Source: a virus
Length of the DNA: 39,616 bases
IMG/VR virus record: IMGVR_UViG_3300045988_080187
Span: 1 to 39,616 of that record
Reading direction: 5' to 3' (one strand)
Shown here: positions 7,716 through 15,667 of the stretch, piece by piece
Layout: each line of letters opens with the position of its first letter
How positions within the stretch are numbered: the stretch's first letter is position 1
Notes under the pieces: model-generated
The model's database searches: none
What the model saw: the letters and a program-made list of their open reading frames with translations, nothing else
Told to the model about the DNA's origin: nothing
Position numbers and translations under genes: made by a program

Positions 7716-8048
7716 CTACTTCTTTAATGTGATTCTCAAGCTAGCTTTCACAGTTGCTTCTTTGCAGTATGCTTCATACAGTGCAGGACTTTGATTCTGC
7801 AATGACTTTGAATCAAATCTTTCTGCTGTGTGCTCTGGTGTGTAAGAGATTGTGAAACAGTCGTTCTTGATTTGTGTCACTCCATATTTTTCCATCTGCT
7901 TCATCAGCTCCTGCTTCATTTCATCCTGCTTCGCCTTGATTGCTTTCGCTGTTTCTTCTAGCTTTTTGATATATGTAATTGTTTCCTGTGGAACCTGTGC
8001 CACACCATTTTCATAGATGATTACATCATTTACCTGTAGTTCGCTCAT
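7716..8048 (-). CDS. Hypothetical protein, 110 aa, possibly Gp157-like, the usual partner of Sak-type recombinases.
   Basis: Its position immediately downstream of the single-strand annealing protein, its size and its coiled-coil character; the sequence match is not confirmed. Confidence 0.35.
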   Translation of the reverse strand: MSELQVNDVIIYENGVAQVPQETITYIKKLEETAKAIKAKQDEMKQELMKQMEKYGVTQIKNDCFTISYTPEHTAERFDSKSLQNQSPALYEAYCKEATVKASLRITLKK

Positions 8049-8788
8049 GCTCTCTTCCTTCCTTCAATCTGCGTGATGATTTGATTTGCTAGCTTCTGTG
8101 GCATATCGTTCAGACAGCTTAGTTCATACTTCTTCAGAAGCTGTTCTAGCTTGTCTTCCTTGCCCTCATAAACTGTCAAGAAATACTGCTTCTGTTGCAT
8201 TGTGATTAGTGGAATATAGTGTTCCATCCCATTGTCTGCAATCTCTTTCTTGATTCTTGATTCACTTGCCTGTTTAGCTTGATTGCCATATGTGTATACA
8301 ATTTTGTTTGTACTTAGGTTCTTGATTGTCAGCCCTGTAATCTTGTGATTTTCAACTGTCATGCTTTCTACGCTGAACTTGTCATAGGTCGTTGGCTTTC
8401 CACCTTTATTTGTGACTGTATACAATCCATCCTTAATCCAGATGAATGGTGCTGTATAAAGCTCTCGACCGATGCCCCAATTGAAGCATGCTCTCTTGAA
8501 GCTGTCTGATGCCTGTCCTTTTTCCTTTTCGGTATAGGATTCTGTTCCAACGTCCTGCTTTGATACCCATGCATTCTTGTCTTCATCGAAGATAGATACA
8601 GTGCAGTAAAGTCTGTCACCGATGATTTCATGCTCACGTTCCCAATTTGTGGAACCGACTGTTTCATCAAGGATATTCATGTCGCATCTTGCATCTTTAT
8701 AAAGCAACAGGCTCAAGCCTTTTGAACTGATCGTTGATACTCTTGCATCAACTTCATCTGCTCTCAATTCTCTAAATGCGATTTTCAT
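8045..8788 (-). CDS. Rad52/Sak-family single-strand annealing protein.
   Basis: The motif GQASDSFKRACFNWGIGRELY resembles the Rad52/Sak signature (KRA..WGIGR.LY). Confidence 0.7.
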   Translation of the reverse strand: MKIAFRELRADEVDARVSTISSKGLSLLLYKDARCDMNILDETVGSTNWEREHEIIGDRLYCTVSIFDEDKNAWVSKQDVGTESYTEKEKGQASDSFKRACFNWGIGRELYTAPFIWIKDGLYTVTNKGGKPTTYDKFSVESMTVENHKITGLTIKNLSTNKIVYTYGNQAKQASESRIKKEIADNGMEHYIPLITMQQKQYFLTVYEGKEDKLEQLLKKYELSCLNDMPQKLANQIITQIEGRKRA

Positions 8789-9015
8789 TGGTATTTCTCC
8801 ACTATGTATTCTGCGAGTTCATCTGCAATGTATTGTGTATCAACATTTTTTGCTACTTCGAAATCAATTCCATAAAGCATCATGTCTGCTGCCTTGCATA
8901 AAGCACTGACAACTTTCATATCCAACACGCTTGCATCTTCTTTGCATTTCTCTTTGTACATCTGTTCATGCCTGTCTATTTCTAGATTTCTGACTGTTTC
9001 TGCATAGCTGTTCAT
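8785..9015 (-). CDS. Hypothetical protein, 76 aa.
   Basis: ORF track. Confidence 0.45.
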   Translation of the reverse strand: MNSYAETVRNLEIDRHEQMYKEKCKEDASVLDMKVVSALCKAADMMLYGIDFEVAKNVDTQYIADELAEYIVEKYQ

Positions 9016-9503
9016 TTCACTTTTTCCTCTATTCTGTTGATTCTGCTCAACATGCTTGCTGTTAGGTTAATCTGACGTTCTTGATTGGAAACGATCGTTT
9101 CAAGCGTCTTCTGAATGATGTTGCATGTTACATTCACTGTTTTTGCTAGCTTTGCACTGCCTTCTGTTTCTTCATTGACATCATTTCCAATTGAATCAAG
9201 CTGTGCTAGAAGAAGCTCAATTCCTCTGTCAATATGTCTGCATACTTCAACAGAATTGTCTGGTTCATTGCTCTTTTCCACAGGCTTTTCAGCTAGATAA
9301 TCTTCTGATTTGATTCCGTACTTTAGCTCTAGAAGCATGCTGATCGGCTTTGAAACTGTTCTTGCGCTCAAGCATCCTGCTAGATATTTCCTTGAATATC
9401 CAAGTTGAGTACTGCAATCATCAACTGAATCTTCTTTCTCAAGAATCAGCTTTCTCAGCTTGTCACTGTCAATTTTGATTTTCTCTGATTGTGTATTGTC
9501 CAT
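9012..9503 (-). CDS. Hypothetical protein, about 163 aa. The start was moved to the internal ATG preceded by AAGAAGGGCAAGGAC (track ORF 9012..9596).
   Basis: The conserved initiation cassette precedes M32, which sits 15 nt after the upstream gene's stop at 9521. Confidence 0.5.
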   Translation of the reverse strand: MDNTQSEKIKIDSDKLRKLILEKEDSVDDCSTQLGYSRKYLAGCLSARTVSKPISMLLELKYGIKSEDYLAEKPVEKSNEPDNSVEVCRHIDRGIELLLAQLDSIGNDVNEETEGSAKLAKTVNVTCNIIQKTLETIVSNQERQINLTASMLSRINRIEEKVK

Positions 9504-9520
9504 GTCCTTGCCCTTCTTTC

Positions 9521-9757
9521 TTAATTCACTGTGTGTATGATTCTGTATCTCTTCCACTTCTTGCCAATTCCGTATTTGTAATTTCCGTGTTCCCATTCAT
9601 CAATGACTCTTTCTTTATCACCGTTCGCAAGAAGTGTTTTCTTCAAATCGAAGATTCTTCCAGACAGCCTTGTTTCATTTAGAAACTGAAATGCTTCCAT
9701 TGATGTAATTCCATTGTGGGCTTTCATGTATTCGTATACTTTGTCTACTCTGTTCAT
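9521..9757 (-). CDS. Putative winged-helix DNA-binding protein, 78 aa.
   Basis: ITSMEAFQFLNETRLSGRIFDLKK is HTH-like. Confidence 0.35.
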   Translation of the reverse strand: MNRVDKVYEYMKAHNGITSMEAFQFLNETRLSGRIFDLKKTLLANGDKERVIDEWEHGNYKYGIGKKWKRYRIIHTVN

Positions 9758-9975
9758 ACTTCGCCTTTTCCAAATAACAGATAATCTGATGAACAGTCTA
9801 ATGTTTCACAAATCTTCATTAGCTTTCCTGTTGTTGGGATTGCTTGTTCATTTGATGTGTAGTTAGCAACTGCTTCTCTTGTCAATCCAATCTTTTTTGC
9901 TAGTTCTTTCTGCGTGATGTTCTTTTCTTTCATCACTTTGCTAAGTCTTTCTCCAAAATCTGATTTCACTTTCAA
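9754..9975 (-). CDS. XRE-family HTH regulator, Cro-like, 73 aa.
   Basis: ITQKELAKKIGLTREAVANYTSNEQAIPTTGKLMKICETL is an HTH_3 motif. Confidence 0.8.
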   Translation of the reverse strand: MKVKSDFGERLSKVMKEKNITQKELAKKIGLTREAVANYTSNEQAIPTTGKLMKICETLDCSSDYLLFGKGEV

Positions 9976-10130
9976 CTCCCATATTTCATTATTATTTTTC
10001 GTGATACAAATGCTGTTGCAGCCATTGCGATCATCACTCTTACATCGTTTGCAAATGGTGCCAGAAGTAATGTGATGAAGAATGTTATTCCCAATGCATT
10101 CTGTATTTCACGCCTTAAATGTCTTTTCAT
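9972..10130 (-). CDS. Small membrane protein, about 52 aa, with its start moved to the internal ATG (track ORF 9972..10172).
   Basis: The conserved cassette GGGCAAGGACATG precedes the internal M; one hydrophobic helix (ITFFITLLLAPF). Confidence 0.35.
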   Translation of the reverse strand: MKRHLRREIQNALGITFFITLLLAPFANDVRVMIAMAATAFVSRKIIMKYGS

Positions 10131-10161
10131 GTCCTTGCCCCTTTGATAGAATAGTCTTGCG

Positions 10162-10533
10162 TTAATTCGCAAGTTTTTTATTTGAGAGATGCGTTGCTTT
10201 GGACTGTTTCGCTTCTCTCTTTTTTAATTCTTTGGCAATCTGTATGCTTTCAACGGTTGATATGTCATACCCATCCCATTCAGTGAAAAGCTCATCTAAA
10301 TCAGACTGCCTGTACAACCATCTACCACTTTTCGAAACCATGATTGATGGAAGTATTCTCTGCTGTCTCCACATGTCGATTCTTGAACGACTGACCTTCA
10401 TGTACTTTCTTGCTTCTTCAGTTGTCATAATCTTTTCTTGCTGTGGTGACTTTGCTGCATTTAATGCATTTTTTAATTCGTCAACCTCTTCCAAAAGGCT
10501 CTGAATCTTTTGTGGTATTTCCAACAATTCCAT
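10162..10533 (-). CDS. Excisionase-like / HTH_17 (MerR-superfamily) DNA-binding protein, about 123 aa. The likely start is the internal ATG (track ORF 10162..10611, which starts at TTG).
   Basis: TEEARKYMKVSRSRIDMWRQQRILPSIMVSKSGRWLYRQSDLDELF matches the Xis/HTH_17 pattern. Confidence 0.5.
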   Translation of the reverse strand: MELLEIPQKIQSLLEEVDELKNALNAAKSPQQEKIMTTEEARKYMKVSRSRIDMWRQQRILPSIMVSKSGRWLYRQSDLDELFTEWDGYDISTVESIQIAKELKKREAKQSKATHLSNKKLAN

Positions 10534-10666
10534 ATGCCATCCCCATTCCTTCCAGATATCCCTGCAGGAAGTAGTAGAGCTTTGTTCTCTCTTCTTCATT
10601 TGACTTTTCAAATGACAGCTTCATGTAGTTCTGGAAGATGTTTCTCTGTGCTTCTGTTGTTTCCAT
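10481..10666 (-). CDS. Hypothetical small ORF, 61 aa, overlapping 10162..10533 out of frame. It is possibly spurious, or it is the real first gene of the operon.
   Basis: ORF track only. Confidence 0.25.
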   Translation of the reverse strand: METTEAQRNIFQNYMKLSFEKSNEEERTKLYYFLQGYLEGMGMAYGIVGNTTKDSEPFGRG

Positions 10667-10819
10667 ATTTTCCTTTCTACGAGCTTATCTGCTCGGTGTA
10701 CACCACTAGGAGAGACAAATGAATTAGAAGGGTAAACGTTTAGTGATGTACACCCAGAAGACAAGCTTCTGTGTTCGATTATCAGTAGCATTTAGTACTG
10801 TCAAATCTTTCAATTGTGA
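10667..10819 (-). promoter_or_regulatory. Structured, relatively GC-rich intergenic leader holding a TTGACA box, the 10-bp perfect palindrome GGTGTACACC (10695-10704), a related copy TGATGTACACCC (10744-10755), and two short hairpins. It is a candidate operator, promoter or small structured RNA.
   Basis: Read from the sequence; there are no ORFs in the 153-nt gap. Confidence 0.35.
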
Positions 10820-11125
10820 TTACTTTGAGAACACTCCACGTCTCTTTAACTCTTTTCTGACTTCATTCATCAGCTTTCTGTAGCTTACAAATCCATCTGC
10901 TTCTTCGATTTCAAAATCAGCTGTCAGCATTACTGATTGCGTGTTATTCTCGGTGCAGTAGTCATCCAAGATGGAATTGACATCTTCCATAACATCATCA
11001 CTGTCTTGTCCGAATGCCTTAACCATCTCGCTCCATGATTCAATGCCCCAATCTGAATAGTCTTCATTGATTGTGTTTTCGTAATAATCAGCTAGGATTC
11101 TTACTGCTAGTTCTAGGTTTGTCAT
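10820..11125 (-). CDS. Acidic hypothetical protein, 101 aa, D/E-rich (DNA-mimic or anti-restriction candidate).
   Basis: About 22 acidic residues out of 101; it is the first gene after an operator array. Confidence 0.5.
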   Translation of the reverse strand: MTNLELAVRILADYYENTINEDYSDWGIESWSEMVKAFGQDSDDVMEDVNSILDDYCTENNTQSVMLTADFEIEEADGFVSYRKLMNEVRKELKRRGVFSK

Positions 11126-11267
11126 GTCCTTGTCCTTCTTTCTACTTTGTAAAGTATTTCTTTTTGCTTGTATGAATACTTTATAATAAATATTCTAATT
11201 TGTAAAGCATATCACTGCATTTCCATCAAAATAATTCTAATTTGTAGAATTTAAATGAAAATAAAAA
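11126..11267. promoter_or_regulatory. Operator/promoter array OL-like: three direct CTAnTTTGTA(A/G)A boxes (near 11147, 11199 and 11248). The first 40 bp are near-identical to 13284..13325.
   Basis: Direct sequence comparison with the divergent repressor region. Confidence 0.55.
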
Positions 11268-11540
11268 CTATTCTACAGGTAATTCGATAAACTGCTTCTT
11301 GCTCAATCCACAGAATGCTTTTACATGCTTTCCAATTTTTGTATTCCAACCGTCATACAGTCTTTCTAATCTTCCGTCATCATACTTCTTGATAATTGGG
11401 ATTCCGTAACTGTATAGCGTTTCACTACAGTCATAATTAATTTTTATGACTGCCCTTCCCCAAAAGGTCTTATCTCTCTGTTCTGGTAGTGGTTCTAAAT
11501 CATACTTGTATTCGTTCATTTTCTTTTCCCTCTCTTGCAT
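11268..11540 (-). CDS. Hypothetical protein, 90 aa.
   Basis: ORF track. Confidence 0.5.
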   Translation of the reverse strand: MQEREKKMNEYKYDLEPLPEQRDKTFWGRAVIKINYDCSETLYSYGIPIIKKYDDGRLERLYDGWNTKIGKHVKAFCGLSKKQFIELPVE

Positions 11541-11701
11541 ACTGCTCTGTAATATGTTTCAAACTCTCTCTGCTCTTCATCCCATCCATACAGTCCAAGC
11601 ATTTTATACATCAATATATACAGCTTTTCTCTACTGATATCTGGATGCTTGATTACAGCATTTTCAAACGTCTTGATCGCTTCAATTGTCATTTCTTCCA
11701 T
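11516..11701 (-). CDS. Hypothetical protein, 61 aa.
   Basis: ORF track. Confidence 0.4.
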   Translation of the reverse strand: MEEMTIEAIKTFENAVIKHPDISREKLYILMYKMLGLYGWDEEQREFETYYRAVCKRGKRK

Positions 11702-11902
11702 TTACATACTCTCCTCTATCATCTGCAGCATTACCTTGTTTGCTTCTGTTACACTAAGTGCCCTTGCTTCGCTTTCAACTTTGTTGTCACATAATGTTTT
11801 CACTGAAAATATCTTGTTGTCCTGCAAAGTCATGATTACCATTTTTCTTCCTGCATTGAACTGTCTTTCAAAGATTGCAACTGTTTTGATGTTATTCATC
11901 AT
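11702..11902 (-). CDS. Hypothetical protein, 66 aa.
   Basis: ORF track. Confidence 0.4.
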   Translation of the reverse strand: MMNNIKTVAIFERQFNAGRKMVIMTLQDNKIFSVKTLCDNKVESEARALSVTEANKVMLQMIEESM

Positions 11903-12191
11903 TTTCCTTCTTCTCTAGCTTTCTAGTAAATTTAATAGCATATAAAAACTCATCTAACAGCCTAAACTGCTCCTTCCAATAGCTGATTAAATTCTTTTCG
12001 CCACAACCGTTGATGTGATAACCTGCTTCCAAATCTTCGATTGCTTCTCTATACATCTGCCTAAAGTCATTTGCTGTCTTTCGTGTCGTGAGTCCTACGC
12101 ACAGCTTCTTACCTAACAGAGTACATCTCATTGTACTTGGGCTATAGTTCTGCAGTTCCTGTTCATTTCTCATCTGATTCTTCATTTTCAT
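11892..12191 (-). CDS. Hypothetical protein, 99 aa.
   Basis: ORF track. Confidence 0.5.
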   Translation of the reverse strand: MKMKNQMRNEQELQNYSPSTMRCTLLGKKLCVGLTTRKTANDFRQMYREAIEDLEAGYHINGCGEKNLISYWKEQFRLLDEFLYAIKFTRKLEKKENDE

Positions 12192-12346
12192 TTTCTCCTT
12201 TGATTCAACTCTTCTATCTCATATTCATCATCAATCGGCAAATCATACTCATCCAAAAATATCACTCCGTAATTTGCGAGCTGACTTAAAGCTACCATTC
12301 TGTCGTACTTCGACCATTCACAATTTATCTTCTTTGTAGTTCTCAT
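12188..12346 (-). CDS. Small hypothetical protein, 52 aa (MRTTKKINCEWSKYDRMVALSQLANYGVIFLDEYDLPIDDEYEIEELNQRRK). It is not in the ORF track.
   Basis: Hand translation; an RBS GAGAGGGAATAATC precedes the ATG, and an ATGA overlap links it to the downstream gene. Confidence 0.35.
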   Translation of the reverse strand: MRTTKKINCEWSKYDRMVALSQLANYGVIFLDEYDLPIDDEYEIEELNQRRK

Positions 12347-12364
12347 GATTATTCCCTCTCTTTC

Positions 12365-12604
12365 TTACTTTCCGTATGTGTACAATCTTGAGCCGAATTC
12401 ACCAAATCTCATTACTTCGTTGTAGATTTTCTTGAGCATTAATGCTTGGCATCCATCAGTTGACTTGTAGATGCGAAATCTTCTTCCGTCTTCTCTTTCA
12501 AGCAATTCATCTAGTGACCAATGGAATAAGCCTGCTTCCCATTGCAGCCTCTTTAGTGTTGCATCTTCAATTTCTGTGATCTGTCTTAGTTTTGTCTTTT
12601 TCAT
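12365..12604 (-). CDS. Hypothetical protein, 79 aa.
   Basis: ORF track; the conserved initiation cassette lies at its start. Confidence 0.5.
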   Translation of the reverse strand: MKKTKLRQITEIEDATLKRLQWEAGLFHWSLDELLEREDGRRFRIYKSTDGCQALMLKKIYNEVMRFGEFGSRLYTYGK

Positions 12605-12673
12605 GTCCTTGTCCTTTCTGCAAAAGCAACTCTTTATATGGTGGCTTTTAATTGCTCCACAAATGTCATTTTC

Positions 12674-12865
12674 TTAGTTTTGACTACCCAAGCCCCACAT
12701 GCTACCGAAATACTCATCAATCTGTTCAATGGTGTCATGAAGCAATTCCATTTCAGATGTAAAGCCATAATGATTCTTTGACTCTTCAGCTTCCATCAAT
12801 GCCATTGCATTTCTGATACGCCATATGTTTGCATCTTCAGCAACATTCAATTCAACTCTAATCAT
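12674..12865 (-). CDS. Hypothetical protein, about 63 aa, with its start moved to the internal ATG (track ORF 12674..13030).
   Basis: AGGAGAAGGACATG precedes M56; the ATG overlaps the 3' end of the upstream gene. Confidence 0.4.
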   Translation of the reverse strand: MIRVELNVAEDANIWRIRNAMALMEAEESKNHYGFTSEMELLHDTIEQIDEYFGSMWGLGSQN

Positions 12866-13283
12866 GTCCTTCTCCTTTCGTCCAATAATTGCCAATACAT
12901 CCATGTGAGCTATTCCATGTATCCCAAATCTTTCCGTCTTTAATACAGACTGTATGATGCCCACCGATATGAGCAACACATGTACCTTTGAATTCTTCCA
13001 CAAACTCAACGCCTGTATATTTTTTACCATTGCTTTTCTTTGGCTGTTTGTTCTTAACCCATCCCTTGGATTTCAAATAATCTTCTTCACCCTTCGTTGA
13101 ATTAGGCACAATACCTGTTTCAATAAACATTTCGAATCTTTCTCTTACTGATTCGTTGTAATCTATTCCAAGTGCCAGGCTGATTGCACGGAATGAACAA
13201 TCACCTGTCAGCTTGCCTTTTGGATTTGCATTGAAATAATTGAATGCTTTAGTGTTCGGAAACTTCTTTTCTCTTGATGTCAT
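12858..13283 (-). CDS. Hypothetical protein, 141 aa; first gene of the early leftward operon.
   Basis: ORF track. It sits directly downstream of the OR-like operators, and no Cro-like ORF intervenes. Confidence 0.55.
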   Translation of the reverse strand: MTSREKKFPNTKAFNYFNANPKGKLTGDCSFRAISLALGIDYNESVRERFEMFIETGIVPNSTKGEEDYLKSKGWVKNKQPKKSNGKKYTGVEFVEEFKGTCVAHIGGHHTVCIKDGKIWDTWNSSHGCIGNYWTKGEGHD

Positions 13284-13472
13284 ATCCTTACCCTTCTTTC
13301 TACTTTGTAAAGTATTTCTTTTTGTTTGTACTTATACTTTATACTATTTTCTCTAATTTGTAAAGTGTTTTGATGAAATTCTTTTGATTTTATTCTATTT
13401 TGTAGAATTTGAATCATTTATTGTTTACAATTTGAAAATATGTTGCCATACTAAAGTTATCTAGGAGAAAAT
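13284..13472. promoter_or_regulatory. Divergent repressor/early promoter region (OR-like): three direct CTAnTTTGTA(A/G)A boxes (near 13308, 13360 and 13405) plus an inverted copy TGTTTACAA.
   Basis: Repeats read from the sequence. The region lies between the divergently oriented repressor gene and the early operon. Confidence 0.6.
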
Positions 13473-13874
13473 ATGGATACTATAGGAAATAGAATTAAAA
13501 AGCTCAGAAAAACATTAGGATTGAGCCAACAAGAATTTGCAGAACAAATCGGCGTTAAAGGGGGTTCTATATCTCTTTACGAAATTGATGCAAGAGAACC
13601 ATCAGAAAGAAACAAAGCAGGAATTCTGAAAGAGTTCCATGTTAACCCTGTATGGCTTGATACAGGTGAAGGCGAAATGTTTCTGCCCTTCTCTGAATCT
13701 GATGAAATCATCCGTTTTGCTCGCTCCGTTACTAAAGCTGAAGATGGTGACATCCGTCTTGAGATCATGAAGCTCCTCGCAAGAATGACTCCAGAACAAT
13801 GGGAAGAATCTTGGAATCTCTGGTGTCGTGCAAAGCTCCTTATCAACGACATAAAAAAAGACGGTGTGAAATAA
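13473..13874 (+). CDS. CI-like XRE-family repressor, 133 aa.
   Basis: The N-terminal HTH_3 motif LRKTLGLSQQEFAEQIGVKGGSISLYE; divergent from the early operon and adjacent to the integrase. Confidence 0.85.
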   Translation: MDTIGNRIKKLRKTLGLSQQEFAEQIGVKGGSISLYEIDAREPSERNKAGILKEFHVNPVWLDTGEGEMFLPFSESDEIIRFARSVTKAEDGDIRLEIMKLLARMTPEQWEESWNLWCRAKLLINDIKKDGVK

Positions 13875-13883
13875 CCGTCTAGA

Positions 13884-13909
13884 AAGCGTTCTAAGCAACG
13901 CTTTTTTAT
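13884..13909 (+). terminator. Rho-independent terminator of the repressor gene.
   Basis: Hairpin AAGCGTT-CTAAGC-AACGCTT followed by TTTTTT. Confidence 0.7.
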
Positions 13910-13926
13910 TTGGATGGATAAAATTA

Positions 13927-14088
13927 TCATTCCCTGCTTCCATCGCTCTCAGAATCAATTCTATGCACATTCTCGCATGTTTCAGTATCATCTGCAACCA
14001 TCACAGTGTACGCATACACTTCTTTTACCTGTTCCTCTGTCATACCTTGTAGAAACAGAACGATGTACTTAATCAATATTTTTTTCAT
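13927..14088 (-). CDS. Small ORF, 53 aa, convergent with the repressor gene; of uncertain reality.
   Basis: Hand translation with a good RBS (AGGAGACAAGGACATG); it is not in the ORF track. Confidence 0.25.
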   Translation of the reverse strand: MKKILIKYIVLFLQGMTEEQVKEVYAYTVMVADDTETCENVHRIDSESDGSRE

Positions 14089-14218
14089 GTCCTTGTCTCC
14101 TTTTCAGAATTTTAGTTTCACATCTATTTTCTGCCTAGGAAACAACTGCTTGAATTTCAAATCAATATCTCGCATATTTTGCGAAACTTCTTTTCTTTCT
14201 TTTTCTTTCTTTTCTTAA

Positions 14219-14345
14219 ATAGTAATAATATCTATATAGTAAATATATATAGTATATAGTAATAGTATATAGTATATAGAAAGGTATGCATACACTATGC
14301 ATAGGGTATATATAGGGTATGTATATGGTATCCATAGGGTATCAA
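14219..14345. repeat. Degenerate tandem repeats, TATATAGTA about 5 times and ATAGGGTAT 3 times, upstream of the integrase gene. They are a candidate int/regulator binding array or attP arm.
   Basis: Read from the sequence. Confidence 0.6.
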
Positions 14346-14452
14346 AAACTGCATAAAAACCCATATGTACAGCAAACACTATACACACCACGTATGCATA
14401 TCATTATCTTATTTACACTCTTCGATTTTTTGACCACATGGAGTCCTAGCTA

Positions 14453-14489
14453 TAAAATAAAAAAAAGCAGGAGACATGACTTTCCTGCT
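14453..14489 (-). terminator. Strong intrinsic terminator on the minus strand (hairpin GCAGGA...TCCTGC followed by a U-run on the minus strand). It lies just upstream of the integrase start.
   Basis: Inverted repeat flanked by an A-run on the plus strand. Confidence 0.55.
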
Positions 14490-14531
14490 TTAAATCCTAT
14501 TACTAGGACAAGGACAGGAGTATTATACCAC

Positions 14532-15662
14532 ATGAAAAAGGAAAAGTACATTTACGAAAGAAAGACAAAAAAAGGTTCTCCTTACTTTCAGATTCAGATT
14601 GCATTCAAAGATGAATATGGACAGAGTAAGACTTTCTACGAATCTGTTCAGATTTCTGACTATGAATCCAAGTCACAGGCAAAAGCTGTTGCAATTGCTA
14701 TCCGTGACAAGGCTCTATATGAGATTCAGACCAACAGAATCATCATTGCTTCTCCTACTGTTGGTCAGTTGTACAGCAAAATGTATGAGCTTATTCCTTG
14801 TTCTTTAGGTACAAAGAAATGCTACAGTTCACTTTACAGAAATGGCATTAATGCATTCGAGAATGTTCAGATTTCTAAAATCACTACAGCAGACATTCAG
14901 AAAAACATAAACGAATACGCAGAAAACAAATCAGATGAACGCATTCACAGATACATCATTCTTTGGGGTAAGCTGTACAAAGTTGCATTGATGCTTGGAT
15001 ATGACGTAATTGACCGTTCAAAAATGGTCATAGCTCCAAAATCAAAGAAAATCAAATCAAAGAAAAAGGTCACATGTAATCAAGATACTCTTAACATCGT
15101 TTTGGATTATCTTGCTTCTTACGAAACAGAAAACAACACGCTCAAACACCGTGCACGCATGATTTGGTATCTAATAATCATCATGAACTATACAGGCATG
15201 AGACCTGCAGAAGTTCTAGCCTTGAATGCAGAAGATATCACTAATGACTATATATCAGTCAACAAATCCATAGGCTCTTCAAAAGATGAAACTACTGTAG
15301 TGAAAACCACAAAGACAGCTCAATCAATCAGACAAGTTCCTATTCATCCGGATTTGCTTCCAATTCTCAAACAATTAAAACATGAACAAAAGACTTCCCC
15401 ATTGCTTACAAATCTAGATGGTTCTTTAATTGAACCACTTCAAAGATGCAACATGATTACAAATATCTGTGAAAAAGCTGGAATCAAATTCAACCTGTAC
15501 ATGCTTCGCCACAACATGGCAACCGACCTTCTCAACATGAATATCTCTCAAAGAACAGTAGTAGACATTCTTGGTCACGCTTCCTTCAACATGTCGCTTG
15601 AATATGCACGTTCAACAGAAGAAGATAGAAAGAAAGCTGTCGATTCTAGAAAACTGAATTAA
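14532..15662 (+). CDS. int: Tyrosine integrase/recombinase, about 376 aa. The start was moved from 14319 to the ATG that follows the terminator and an RBS.
   Basis: The C-terminal catalytic region LRHNMATDLL...ILGHASFNMSLEYARS follows the R..H-x-x-R..Y pattern. The N-terminus MKKEKYIYERKTKKG looks like an arm-binding domain. Confidence 0.9.
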   Translation: MKKEKYIYERKTKKGSPYFQIQIAFKDEYGQSKTFYESVQISDYESKSQAKAVAIAIRDKALYEIQTNRIIIASPTVGQLYSKMYELIPCSLGTKKCYSSLYRNGINAFENVQISKITTADIQKNINEYAENKSDERIHRYIILWGKLYKVALMLGYDVIDRSKMVIAPKSKKIKSKKKVTCNQDTLNIVLDYLASYETENNTLKHRARMIWYLIIIMNYTGMRPAEVLALNAEDITNDYISVNKSIGSSKDETTVVKTTKTAQSIRQVPIHPDLLPILKQLKHEQKTSPLLTNLDGSLIEPLQRCNMITNICEKAGIKFNLYMLRHNMATDLLNMNISQRTVVDILGHASFNMSLEYARSTEEDRKKAVDSRKLN

Positions 15663-15667
15663 AAAAA

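Noticed and set aside
10760-10790. A GTGTTCGATT stretch resembling a tRNA T-loop on the plus strand.
   Set aside because: No acceptor, D-arm or anticodon-arm pairing could be built around it, and the T-stem does not pair. It was treated as part of the structured leader instead.
13577-13997. Minus-strand ORFs of 117 and 131 aa antisense to the repressor gene.
   Set aside because: They overlap a gene with a clear HTH and terminator and have no RBS, so they are spurious.
14319-14531. Upstream extension of the integrase ORF, whose track start is 14319.
   Set aside because: The extension reads through a strong hairpin terminator and AT-rich repeat DNA. An ATG with an RBS at 14532 gives a normal-size integrase.
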